Below, piece by piece: positions 12,107 to 24,868 of a stretch of 64,000 nt of DNA. The notes below the pieces were generated by a model, which saw only the letters and a list, made by a program, of their open reading frames with translations, was not told the origin of the DNA and did no database searches. Every line of letters begins with the position of its first letter. Positions within the stretch are counted from its first letter, which is position 1. The position numbers and the translations under genes are program-made. Source of the DNA: Octopus sinensis (lineage: Eukaryota); contig NC_043004.1 in NCBI RefSeq assembly GCF_006345805.1, positions 21,204,001 through 21,268,000 of the forward strand. Direction: 5' to 3'.

Positions 12107-13209
12107 TAGTAAAATGATAAATTAGTTGCAGTCTAACATTAAGTATGTACATACTGTGAAAGGGTTTTATTAGCACACATAGATTAATTATTTCTCAGTG
12201 ACCATTGGCCAATCTCTGTATGTTGTCAACAAACCATTTAATAGCATTTTGTCATCATCAGTTATGAGCATTTGTCCATATTATAGAAATATCATTACTT
12301 CCTCTGCGGCTTTCATTATCAGTCCTCTTCTAACATTGATTGAAAGTCATTCTAATCATTAAATCCAAGCTGGATTCCATTTTCTAACTTCTCCAGCAAA
12401 GCTATTTATATTCTGTGATTTCTATGCTTGTCTATTCATTTCTCTCTTGCTTAATGTGTGTGTGTTTGTGTGTGTGTGTGTGTATACATGCATACATGAA
12501 TCTATATATATATATTACACATACACATAGAGACATGTATATGCTGGCATAATGTCTGTTTTGGTATGGTTTCAATGCATGGAAGTCCATCCTAATGCTA
12601 ACCATGAAGTGCACTGCCTCCAGTTTTTTTGTAGCTTCAGCACTAGTGAGGTCACCTTACAGCTTGCAAGATCAAGCCGAAGAATGTCTTTGACTGAGTT
12701 ACGGTTACAGTACAGGAGGCAGCTTTATATTCACACACACACACACACACACACACATCTATACTTGCATATGGGAGACCACAAAGAAAGAATATATGTT
12801 CAGTTTTGGAAATCATGAATGTGATTAGAAAAATATAAGAGAAAGAGGACATTTATGAACCATTGGTAAATAATTTGTGAATCCAGTACCCAACATACTT
12901 CATACGCATTATTATTGGAGCAACAGGATACATACCAGCCTGTCTGGATTTAAAGTAGGGATGAACTTGAAATCTTGCGGAGAGAATGCAAATCCTCAAT
13001 TCATAAGCTACAGATGATCAGGATATCTGGGACTATAGAAACCTGCAAGACTTTCTTATGATTTAAAAGATGATGGTTAAATCATGATATTTTTCTGCAC
13101 TACCTTGCTACCAAAATTTCATCTAAATTAAAAAGCAAAAGGGAAGACATACATAAACAAACAAACATGATGGATATTGTTGTTTGGGACAGACAAGATA
13201 ATGTATGTA

Positions 13210-15523
13210 CAGGCATACTACACCCTACATGACTTAAGTCGAAAGATGTCTTCAGTCGAAACATGACTTAAGTCAAAAATTACTTATGTCGAAAATTACT
13301 TACATCGAAATAACTTGTCTCTAGGCCAAATTTACTTGTCTCTAGGCTAAACTGATAATAACCATTCCCAGTTCTGTACTTTATTTATGAATGCATTTTC
13401 AATAATACATGGTCAATAAAAACCTATTTTAAGCTGACTCTGGCTGTTCTTGTTGTTCGATGTGCTTAAAAAACTGATCGAGAGTCCCTTGAACTGTCTT
13501 CTTATTTTCCTCAAGGATTACATTATAAGGAGCAAAAGCTTCATGACAAGCCCCCATAATCTTGGAAAAGTGGTGAGTGTATATATTCATATCCTCGCAC
13601 AGAGAAAGACTTTTCACGATATATGCAAATGCTTGCTGCCTTTTCTTAATGGTAAATTGACATGGCTCAGGTTAGACTTCCTCTTCTTCTGTATTTTGCT
13701 GTTTGAAAAGCTCTATCAAATCCTCGTTTGTCAGGGCTGCTTGTCTTTTTCAAATAAATCTGTGAAATCTTCCTCCTCCAAATCCATTTCCAGTTCTTTG
13801 CTTGTAGTCATCAACGTTTTGTTGATGGCAACATTATCAAACCCCTCAAAATCATTCACGAATAGTGTACAAAGCTTGTTACATACACCATTCATAGCCA
13901 TGCTCTGTCCATAATTCTATGCCACTGCTATGTTCTGTACAGTCATGTAGATATCGTATCTCTTCCAAAAGTCACGAAGTGTGATGGACTCATCTAGATC
14001 AGTTGCAGCTGTTGCTTGCCGCAGTGTAGGCCTCATATAGTAATGCTTGAAGATAGTAATTATTCCCTGATCCATTAGCTACAAAAGAGACATGGTGTTT
14101 GGAGGGAGGTATATGATGGTAACATTGAGGTCAAAATCTACGATGTTTAGCGAGAGATCAGGAGCATTATCTAAGATAAGTAAAACCTTAAAAGGAATTC
14201 CCTTCTTGCAGTACTTCTCTGCTGGTGGGATAAAATGATTGAAGAACCTATCTTCAAAAACAACAACAGTAGCCCATGCTTCTGAATTAGCCATTCATAT
14301 AACAGGGAGAGATGCCTTAGGTATGTTCTTCAAGGCAGAGGGGTTGTGTGCATGATACACAAGCAATGGTTTTAACTTAAAATCTCCTGCAAAATTACCA
14401 CCCAACATAATGGTCATACGTTCTTTTGAGATCTTGTAGCCTGGAATAATTTTCTCTGCCTTGGAAATGAATGAATGGTCTGGAAATTTTTTCTAATACA
14501 ATCCAGTTTCGTCAATGTTAGAAATCTGTGCAGGAAGAAACCCGTTTTCTTCGATGATTTTCTTTAATACATTAGGAAATTCCACTGCTGCTTGTTTGTC
14601 AGCTGATGCATTTCCACTTTGCTTCTTAATGGAGTGATAATTTCTTCATTCCTTAAATCTCCTGAACCATCCTTGACTTGCTTTGAATGCTGCATCTTTC
14701 TCATCTGGATATTTGTTCTTCAGGCCCCCAAACAAAGACAACACTTTCCTTTGAATGATTTCGAGATTAATTTTAGCATGCTGAAGATTCAACCTAACAC
14801 TCCAAAAGGAAGACTTTCCATTTCTTCAAGGATTTTTTTCCTCTTTCCTTATTGATGACAGTGTTCTTCATTCCTGGAGCTTCAGATTTGATATGGGCTA
14901 AAATCTTGTCTTCATAATGTATAATTGTTATATGACTCCTCCCGAAAGATCATTCAATTGCTACCATTTCTTCACTTTTTCCATGGTGTTTTATCATTGC
15001 CAGTTTATCTTCCAGCATTATAGCATGATGCTTAGCACTTTCACTATGAATTTTCTTAGGAGCCATGGGGGCAAAAACTAAAGTCACAAATGAATGAGAA
15101 TTTGAAAGTAGTTGATAAAGAGGCATAAAGAAATCTGAATTCAGAACAATTGTGGGAATCACAAGTGACAATGACACCTAACAGTAGATATTGGAACTTC
15201 AGGTCAATATGAGCTCTGAAAGACTGATAAATAAGACAACACAGCTGATTTCATAATTTCGTTCACTAAGCTACACTATGGTGTGTATCTTAACATTTAC
15301 TTTACGTATTTTAATACAATTTTACAGGCTTTCATTCTTATTTATTGTGGAGTAACATAATTTTATGAGCTTTTAATAGTTTTCTAATGATTTTATGATT
15401 CCAATATTTGTGACAGGCAGGCATAAAGTCAAGTAAATTGATTTAACTTGATTTTTATTTTTCCATATATTATTTTTGAAAACTGACATATAATCGAAAA
15501 CAACTTAAATTGAGGTATGACAG
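13210..15523 (-). mobile_element. Tigger/pogo-family DNA transposon, near full length, inactivated
   Basis: Minus-strand frames give a CENP-B-type HTH start, FKASQGWFRRFK, NIDETGLY, KERMTIMLGGN..GDFKLKPLLVY, KVLLILDNAP, LPPNTMSLL.LMDQG. Degenerate TIRs TA|CAGGCATAC (13210) and GAGGTATGACAG|TA (15512-15523); multiple stops and frameshifts. Confidence 0.85.
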
Positions 15524-15589
15524 TATTCACATAGAGATCGGCCATTCTGTTGATGTGAATATCTCTTTGAAAATTAAAGAGAAGCTTAG

Positions 15590-15880
15590 AATTAGAATCG
15601 ACCTGGGCGGAATTTGAACTCAAAATGTAAAGACAGACGAAATACCTATTTCTTTACTACCCACAAGGGGCTAAACACAGAGGGAACAAACAAGGACAGA
15701 CAAATGGATTAAGTCGATTACATCGACCCCAGTGCATAACTGGTACTTAATTTATCGACCCTGAAAGGATGAAAGGCAATGTCGACCTCGGCGGAATTTG
15801 AACTCAGAACATAACAGCAGACGAAATACGGTTACACATTTCGCCCGGCGTGCTAACGTTTCTGCCAGCTCGCCACCTTT
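15590..15880 (-). mobile_element. SINE family B with an adjacent partial second copy
   Basis: Full copy ~15646-15880 abutting a 5' fragment (GGCGGAATTTGAACTC...GACAGACGAAATAC) at 15595-15645. Confidence 0.8.
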
Positions 15881-17344
15881 GTGGCATATAGATATTACCA
15901 TAAGAATGATTTTTTTCGTCAGGAGAAAGAATTGGCTATAAAAGTTCAGATAGTAATGTGAGAGATTTAAATGATGAAAGGGAGAAGAGAAGGAAAACAG
16001 TAAAAGGCAGTGAGAGGGAGGATATAAGCAGCTTAGGGAGGAGGAGTAGAGAGCTAGAAGAAGAGTAAGAAGTGCTACGGATGGGAAGTGGGAGGGGAGA
16101 TCAGTTATTAGGTTGGTTGGGGAGTGAATAGAAATAGGAGAGGTGAATCAGAGGGAAAAGGGGATATGGAACAATGTAAAATATACATGAGGAAGTGTTG
16201 AAAATAGAATTGATGACACTCTTGTCTTTGTTCATGTACTTTTGTGTATTATTTTAATTGTGTTTAGTTATTTAATGAATTGTGACCAAAACATCAACAT
16301 TGCCTTCTTTTCAATTAATAAACAAATATATTTAAGGAAATAACAACAACACTAGCAATAATTCCTTTTACCTTTTTAAAAAATTGATAATGATTTAGCA
16401 ACAATAACAGTAATAATCATAATCTTTTCTTTATTAGCCACATGGGCTCAAAAAGATATAAAAGAATATTGAATATTCATTAGGAGCTACAAGGAAAGAA
16501 ATGATAACGAGGAATGTGTAAGATGGGTTTGCATTATGACAGGAGCAGTTAGAGATGTTATACAATAAATGAAAGGATATAAGAATTTTCAAAGGTGTAC
16601 ATGCATGCATGCACCTGCATACTTACACCATCTGGCACGCATACACATATCTACATAAACATACAAGTACACATGCACGCATACACATAGGCACACGTTT
16701 TCATGGAAATAATTTAAAATGTTTAATAAAACGTAAGATTGCTATTGAGTAAAGCATTTCATGAACTTGTTCACTTACTCCTTTCTCAAACTGTATACAG
16801 TTACAACTGAATTAACAGATTTTCAGACATTTGATATCTTGCAAACAACTTGCCCATGCAAGTGCTACCAGTCAAGAGCTCCGCATACCGGAAGCCAGCA
16901 AGTGTATGGGGTCATCAGGAGAGAATGCGCGCCGTTTCAGGGCCTACCTCGCGTATTCTCTCCTGAGAACAACAGTACATTTTTATTATAATTATAATTA
17001 TAATTTTATTATAATTGAAACACATCAATATATTCTGAGGTTATTATTTTTTTAAACATGATATAACGTCTTAATTTCAATTCTACAAGCAGTCTTCTTT
17101 ATACCTGTGGTTCTTATTCTGGACCTAATTGCTTATGTGTCGTACTCTTATAGATACATAATTTAGTCTCTAAACTGTTTATTCAATTTGTGGATAAGGT
17201 GAATCTCAGATCATTTTATTCCTCTGTATTTTCACCTTTATTTTCCTATGGAGAGATTTTATTGTTTTGAACAAACTTCCTTCTCCCCTGTTTTTATTGC
17301 CTTGTACTTAATCTATATTTTGTGAAATATTTTTCTTTTATCCT

Positions 17345-17541
17345 TTACTCTTTGGTTGTTTCAGTCATTTGACTGCGGTAATGCTGGAGTACCACCTTTA
17401 GCAAATTGACCCAGGACTTATTCTTTGTAAGCCTAGTACTTATTCTATCGGTCTTTTTTGCCAAACCGCTAAGTTACAGGGATGTAAACACACCAGCATT
17501 GGTTGTCAAGCGATGTTGGGGGGACAAACACAGATACACAA

Positions 17542-17572
<31 letters not shown>

Positions 17573-17742
17573 CATATACATATATACAATGGGCTTCTTT
17601 CAGTTTCTGTCTACCAAATCCACTCACAAGGCTTTGGTCGGCCTGAAGCTATAGTAGAAGACACTTGCCCAAGGTGCCACACAGTGGGAATGAACCCGGA
17701 ACCATGTGGTTGGTAAGCAAGCTACTTACCACACAGCCACTC
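17345..17742 (-). mobile_element. SINE family A
   Basis: Reverse complement of the 10456-10876 element. Confidence 0.9.
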
Positions 17743-18372
17743 ATAATTTTCTCTATAGTTATTTTACCTTATCTCCCAATGAAGATCCAGTGCTATTTCG
17801 GGTTAAAATTTTCTTCAGTTAATTGTCGTACTGGTCCTAAATATATCTATTTTTATGGTCCCTGAGATTGTGGCTGGTGGTGCTCTGGTAACTAAGGTTT
17901 GCTGATTCTGGTGATTTTCTTTCTTTCTGTTTTCCTTGTTCTTGCTTAATCTTCAAAGTTCTTCATGACATTCAATGTTGAGGTGATCTTTATACTGTTA
18001 AATATAACAGACTTTCTATATTATCAATCTTATACTTTTTGTCTTGGCATCTTGTACTGAGCACAGCTGGTATGACTCTGAGACCTTTGGGGATCATGAG
18101 GACTTGCTTGTCTATTTTGATTTCTATGACCCCTGGTCACCATTCCTTATGCCAGTTTTGTCCTTTCTCCCATATGGCAATACAAAAGTCACTATTTTTG
18201 TTGCCTACTTATGGATATTGAAGGAATCCCTCCCTTATGTAATTGTAGCTTTTTGGCCAGAAATCCAAAGGGAAATTTCATTTTGTTATAGTTGAATAGA
18301 TTGTGTATGAAAAGGAAAATCAAAAGATGTCTTTACATGGCAAATGACAAATATGGTGATTATGATGATGAC

Positions 18373-18416
<44 letters not shown>

Positions 18417-18652
18417 CAGCAGCAGCAGCAGCAGTAGTGTAGAAAATTATGAGACTATGAACAAGGCATTAAAGAGTGGGATGTAAACATTTTTATGGCT
18501 TTAATAGATAACAACTGAAATTAATGATAGTATGAAAAAATAACAGTACGTTTTTATTATAATTATTATATTATACTTAGACATAGACACAAACACATAG
18601 ATACCTACTCAAAAACATAAATATGTGTATGCATGCATGTTCCTAATGCACT

Positions 18653-18757
18653 AGTGCCAGTAGCATGTACGAAGCACCCAGCACACTCTGTAAAGTAGGT
18701 GGCACCATCCAACCACTCCAGCATGGAAAATCGACATTAAACGATGATGATGATTAT
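18653..18757 (+). mobile_element. SINE family C, truncated
   Basis: GTGCCAGTAGCATGTACGAAGCACCC...CAGCATGGAAAATCGACATTAAACGATGATG. Confidence 0.6.
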
Positions 18758-18776
18758 GATAATATCTATCAATCCA

Positions 18777-18837
<61 letters not shown>

Positions 18838-18857
18838 CACACATACATATATACACA

Positions 18858-19520
18858 CAGGGTGCAGTGAATATATACTTGTCTAAATTATGCAAAAATG
18901 AAAATAACTCTGACATCTAATTTTAACAGATATACTTACCTAAATTACATAAAAATATCTTCAAATACTAAAGAATAAATTTATTCAATAAAATCGCCAT
19001 TGGCTTCAACCACGGCCTCAAAATCTCCTGCAAATCTTCTGGATGGTCACCTTGTTTAATCCTTGCTTTCAGTTCAAGTCTGGTGTTACAAGGAGTTTTG
19101 TTGGTCTCTCAGTCAACTGTAACCCACACATAATAATCAAGTGGGGTTGGAGTCTGAGGAGTTAGGTGGCCAGATGTTAGGGGTGATGTGGTTGCAGAAA
19201 TTGTCTGACAGCCAAGACTGGTTTCTCCTGCTTGTTTGGCCTGGTGCAGAGTCTTGTTGCTAGACATAGGATCTTCCAGCAACCAGCCTTGTAACCCAGA
19301 GCAGCATCACCTCCTCCTAGCACTCGATGTGAGCCTCCGTGTTGAGTGTGAGGCCACGTGGGAAAATGAATAGATGCATAACATCACCATTACTAGTGAT
19401 CACTCGAAATACCATGATGTTGACTGGATGTTTGATTTTTATCACTCTCAGTACATGTTTTGTGGACACGGCAAGCCAACAGTTGTTCTGTGTGTTCCCC
19501 ATTTGTTTGTATTGGAGCTT
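18858..19520 (-). mobile_element. 3' half of a maT-type (DD37D) IS630-Tc1-mariner transposon, copy 1
   Basis: Minus strand: NTQNNCWLAVS..KHPVNIMVF ... QQDSAP ... WPPNSSDSNP[L]DYYVW, with 37 residues between the 2nd and 3rd Asp after one frameshift; terminal CAGGGTG at 18858. Confidence 0.75.
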
Positions 19521-19569
19521 CCAGCACGAATGCCAAGCAGTACAGCATGTTGTACAATGATTATCTTTG

Positions 19570-19972
19570 GTTTTAAGATGAAAGTTTCTCTACCATCAGG
19601 ATAATGCTTGGCCATATTAAGCAAGGATGACATTCCAAAGGCTGAAGCAGTCTGAATTGGAAACGTTGCACCACCCACCATAATTACCAGATATTGTCCC
19701 ATCTGATTATCATTTCTTCTACAGTCTTCAAAATCCTATGGACAGATAAACTATGAATTCTCTGGACAAGGTCAAAACAATACTAGAGGAGTAGTTTTCA
19801 TTATGGACAAATGAATTTTAGAAGAGGAGCCTTGCAAGTCTGCCAGATCGATGGAAGAGCATCGTAGAAAATGAAGGAGGGTATATTTTAGATTAAAAAT
19901 GAAATTTGTTTATCTTAATTTTCAAAAATAAAAGAAATATAAAAATACTGCACTATTTATGGGATAACCTAA
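19570..19972 (+). mobile_element. 3' half of a mariner (DD34D) transposon, copy 1
   Basis: Plus strand HQDNAWP...HPP*LPDIVPSDYHFF (34 residues D to D) ...LPDRWKSIVENEGGYILD*; end TTATGGGATAACCTAATA. Confidence 0.8.
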
Positions 19973-20034
19973 TAAATACATATAACCCATAGGCAGATGT
20001 TAAACAATGATGGTGATGATGACAATAATGATGA

Positions 20035-20079
<45 letters not shown>

Positions 20080-20102
20080 TCACACACATACATATATACA
20101 CA

Positions 20103-21217
20103 CAGGGTGCAGTGAATATATACTTGTCTAAATTATGCAAAAATGAAAATAACTCTGACATCTAATTTTAACAGATATACTTACCTAAATTACATAAAAA
20201 TATCTTCAAATACTAAAGAATAAATTTATTCAATAAAATCGCCATTGGCTTCAACCACGGCCTCAAAATCTCCTGCAAATCTTCTGGATGGTCACCTTGT
20301 TTAATCCTTGCTTTCAGTTCAAGTCTGGTGTTACAAGGAGTTTTGTTGGTCTCTCAGTCAACTGTAACCCACACATAATAATCAAGTGGGGTTGGAGTCT
20401 GAGGAGTTAGGTGGCCAGATGTTAGGGGTGATGTGGTTGCAGAAATTGTCTGACAGCCAAGACTGGTTTCTCCTGCTTGTTTGGCCTGGTGCAGAGTCTT
20501 GTTGCTAGACATAGGATCTTCCAGCAACCAGCCTTGTAACCCAGAGCAGCATCACCTCCTCCTAGCACTCGATGTGAGCCTCCGTGTTGAGTGTGAGGCC
20601 ACGTGGGAAAATGAATAGATGCATAACATCACCATTACTAGTGATCACTCGAAATACCATGATGTTGACTGGATGTTTGATTTTTATCACTCTCAGTACA
20701 TGTTTTGTGGACACGGCAAGCCAACAGTTGTTCTGTGTGTTCCCCATTTGTTTGTATTGGAGCTTCCAGCACGAATGCCAAGCAGTACAGCATGTTGTAC
20801 AATGATTATCTTTGGTTTTAAGATGAAAGTTTCTCTACCATCAGGATAATGCTTGGCCATATTAAGCAAGGATGACATTCCAAAGGCTGAAGCAGTCTGA
20901 ATTGGAAACGTTGCACCACCCACCATAATTACCAGATATTGTCCCATCTGATTATCATTTCTTCTACAGTCTTCAAAATCCTATGGACAGATAAACTATG
21001 AATTCTCTGGACAAGGTCAAAACAATACTAGAGGAGTAGTTTTCATTATGGACAAATGAATTTTAGAAGAGGAGCCTTGCAAGTCTGCCAGATCGATGGA
21101 AGAGCATCGTAGAAAATGAAGGAGGGTATATTTTAGATTAAAAATGAAATTTGTTTATCTTAATTTTCAAAAATAAAAGAAATATAAAAATACTGCACTA
21201 TTTATGGGATAACCTAA
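20103..21217. mobile_element. Second copy of the maT(-)/mariner(+) composite
   Basis: Duplicate of 18858-19972. Confidence 0.8.
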
Positions 21218-21279
21218 TAAATACATATAACCCATAGGCAGATGTTAAACAATGATGGTGATGATGACAATAATGATGA

Positions 21280-21312
<33 letters not shown>

Positions 21313-21540
21313 ATATATATACACACACAAAAAAAAATTTAGATACATTACTTATAATAAATTATGGTTTGTGACAATCATGTGTTTTGTTCAGTTGCTA
21401 TATATATATATATATATATATATACCACAAGTCATTATAATTAATCAATAAATAGTATTGCTTCTTCCCCACCCCCATTGTGTCTCAGTATTTCTAGTGG
21501 CCCCAAATTCTATTGCTTGCCCTTTATAGATGGTGGTGAT

Positions 21541-21673
21541 GTTGGTTGTAGATGATGATGATGATGATGATGATGATGTGGATGATGATGATGATGAAGA
21601 AGAAGAAGAAGAAGGAGAAGGAGAAGAAGAAGAAGGAGAAGGAGAAGGAGAAGAAGAAGAAGAAGAAGAAGAA

Positions 21674-21705
<32 letters not shown>

Positions 21706-21710
21706 AGATG
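21541..21710. repeat. (GAT)n-(GAA/GGA)n compound microsatellite
   Basis: Directly visible; explains the poly-D/E and poly-L/H ORFs. Confidence 0.95.
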
Positions 21711-22036
21711 TGAAAGTTTCAAGAATCTGTAGGGTGAGCTGAATAGCAGAAGGTCTCTAGAGAAAAAAACGCCCATCCTACATATGAAAACCTATACAAA
21801 TGCTTTGGCCCCTATTTATTGTAGATATATACAAACATACACACACACACACATATATATATATAAATATACATATATATATATAAAAATATATGTATAT
21901 ATGTATATGATGATGATGTGTATATGTATATATATATGTATATATATATACATATATATGTATGTATATATATTCATATATTTATATATATGTAAATATA
22001 CATATCTATATTTATATACTTATATTTATATACATC

Positions 22037-22089
<53 letters not shown>

Positions 22090-22361
22090 ATGCACATATA
22101 TATTTATATATTTATATTTATATACACGCATGTGTGTGTATATGTGTATATGTGTTGTACTGTTTAAGCACATGATTTTTCATGAAAAATCTTGCAAAAC
22201 AGATAGAAATATATAAATTAAGTTTAATTTAGACTAGCTAATGCACACAAGGAATAAGGACCAAATCACTTGTGTAACTTTGTGTATGTAGTATGGGTGG
22301 TTTCTTCTCAAGAGACTTTCTGCTATTCAGCTCACCTTAGAGTTTCTTGCAACCATCACCT

Positions 22362-22461
22362 CCACCACCACCACTACTGCTGCTGCTGCCGTTGCTGCTG
22401 CTGTTGCTGCTGCCACTGCTGCTTTTTCTTCTTCACCATGATGATGATGATGATGATGATG

Positions 22462-22492
<31 letters not shown>

Positions 22493-22495
22493 CCA
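22362..22495. repeat. (CCA)/(CTG) array plus (ATG)n(ATC)n palindrome
   Basis: Directly visible. Confidence 0.9.
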
Positions 22496-22719
22496 ACATA
22501 ATTATTATAATCTTTTTTGTATGTTTGCTTCATTTACTGGCTTGGGTTTGTTTAGCATGACAGAACCTGTTGTGTCAAGGGACTACTGAAACTTTGGGAT
22601 GTTAGGCTCCTATGTCTTTACATCTGGACAGAAAGTACCCAGTACATTCTGTAGTGGGACTTTTTTGCCTTGTAGCTTGTAAGACACAAGAGTCTAAAGG
22701 AGTCTCATAACTAAAAACT

Positions 22720-23340
22720 GAATTAGGGAGAGAGTGTGATGTTTTAAGACCAGGTGGTGAGAGAGAGAGCAAGAGAATGCGGTATGATGAGAGAAGATGA
22801 TTTATGCTCGTGAGAGGGCATTCTTAATGAGAGTAAAAGACTAGACAATATTATGAGAGGGTGTGTTGGCAGAGACAAGGTATAGAAGAAAGGATTAGGA
22901 GTTAGTGAGAAAGAAAGAGACAGTGATGGATGGGTTGTGGTCTGGGAGATCCAGTTCTATCATACATTATAAGGGTGAATATGAATGGAAAATGTAAGGG
23001 GAGAGATTATGAAATAGACATGGGTGGGTTGGTGAAGATTCAGAGATGGTCACTGATGAAAACAGTAAGTGTGGAAGAGAAGTCATGGTGGTAGACTAGA
23101 GGAGGAGGAGAGAAGAGAAGGTGCTAAGCTGGAAAAGTAGCTGTGGGAAGAGGATAGGGAAAGAAAGAGAAACAAAGGGTGAAGGAGCAGTGGGTGAATG
23201 CCATAAGAAATAGAGAGGCTGGAGAATACTATAGAAGTGGTGAGGAAAAGTATCAATGCAGAGAGAAAATCCCATGTAATAAGGGGAGAACGAGATAAGA
23301 AAAAAAAGGCTGGAGAGGAACACAGAGCAGCGGGTGATTG
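22720..23340 (-). mobile_element. Decayed Penelope-like remnant (purine-rich plus strand)
   Basis: Same GA-rich character as 1-760; minus strand contains KNALSRA, resembling the PLE post-RT region. Confidence 0.35.
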
Positions 23341-23679
23341 CAGCAAGAATATCCCAGCATTAATACTTCCTTACACATACACACACACACATCACACACA
23401 AACACACATTGTGCACATAGTGTGTGTATTAACATTTTGACTTAGTACCACACAGTTTAAAGTTTCATAGATATACATATTTATGTCAACAAAAAATTGA
23501 AGTAATGCAGGAGTCAAATGAATCCCATGGTTAAAAGATATATTTAACTCAGCCGTTTTTTCAGCACAGTCTCAGAATCTCTGCATGAAAGGGGATGGGC
23601 ATTGCTCTCCCTCATGAAAATATAGGAATAGTGAATATTTTCCATTTTTATTTTCACTTTCTTTACTTGACCAGCTGAT

Positions 23680-23960
23680 AACCAGTTAGGACTAACAGGA
23701 AAAGAGTCTCTGAAGCTTTAAATCAACTGCATTAATAGACTTATAGAAAACTGTAATCTCCGCTTTTCATGAAAGGCCTACTGGGTTGACAGGAATTCTT
23801 GGGATGATAAATCTTTTCCTTGAAAATTGCTGAAAATAATTGTGTATTCCATCTCACATAGTTTTAACATCCTTAGAGTGATCCTTGTATCGTTATATAG
23901 TCTTGCAATGAGGAATTTCCATAAAAGTATCATAGGTGCACATTTGTTCATCACTACCAA
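23680..23960 (-). mobile_element. Helitron-type PIF1 helicase remnant
   Basis: APMILLWKFLIARLYNDTRITL...EYTIIFSNFQGK, then in another frame FIIPRIPVNP, matching the PIF1 consensus P.ILLRNL...RL.NGTRL...G..V.IPRI...P. Confidence 0.55.
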
Positions 23961-24868
23961 CTCAGCTGTTTACTACACATTAAATAAGCTTCATCTAATA
24001 AATTATGTCCACCTATTTGCATTGCTACATAAATCTTGACTGGAAATGGAGGCAGTGATAATAAATTTATTCAACTCTGTTGTTTTTGTGTTCAAGTATC
24101 CATAATTTCAGATAGCTGAAATTTGCAGCATTGCTAATATGTCAATTTAAAATTCTGGAACACTTGTTACATTAGTTCTACATTGAACATTAAGTCCTAA
24201 ACTCAAAGGTTTATCATTACCAAAGATTCTTAATTAAATGTCTAACATGTGTTGTTAATAAGCTTATAATTTTCCAGAGAATTAATTTCATCCTTGGCAC
24301 GAATAATAATAATACTTACTATGTTTCCTTCACTGGATGTTCCCATCTGTGCGCAGTTATTGTTTCAATTATAGATTATCTAAATTTACCTTTCAGCAAT
24401 TACGGCTAAATTAAGGTGCTTCTATGGCTTTTTATTGATTGGCTCACCATCAAACATTATATGTACTGTTTCTTCAATTCAAAGTTTCCAGTACAGTTAT
24501 CAATCAAATATGGAAATTACCTTCCATAGAGCTATATAGTTTTCTTTCTTACACCATATTCAACCTTTTCTGACTTACATGATTCTTTTTTCACTAAAGC
24601 TATCAATGGTAAGTTTAAAAATCAAAGAGTCACAAATTTTGATAACCCGCTCTGTAACTTTAACAATGACACCAGCTCAATATGACTGCCACTATAGGAA
24701 TGTAAATTTAAATACCCTACCATATCAAATTTAACCAATATAAAAAAATAACCTAAAATTATATGTGTGGTTTAGTGATAACAATGATACTATCCTTAGT
24801 TTTAAAATTTAGTTCAAATCTAGTTTGGTGCTGATCAAATGAGAGAAATAATATAAATATTACAAATA

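Larger units (their letters stand above)
18834..21280. repeat. Near-identical 1245-bp tandem duplication
   Basis: 18834-20035 matches 20079-21280; identical ORFs offset by exactly 1245 (19317/20562, 19339/20584, 19448/20693); junctions lie in (TA)n. Confidence 0.95.

Noticed and set aside
12890-13030. Minus-strand segment bounded by CAG and a good GTATGT donor, considered as a host exon
   Set aside because: All three frames contain stops and the acceptor lacks a pyrimidine tract.
13230-13345. Short 16-17-bp direct repeats (GACTTAAGTCGAAA-like) superficially like a CRISPR array
   Set aside because: Eukaryotic context, no unique spacers of regular length; they are subterminal repeats of the Tigger element.
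15950-16190. Purine-rich stretch similar in composition to the PLE remnants
   Set aside because: No recognisable protein motif recovered; left unassigned.
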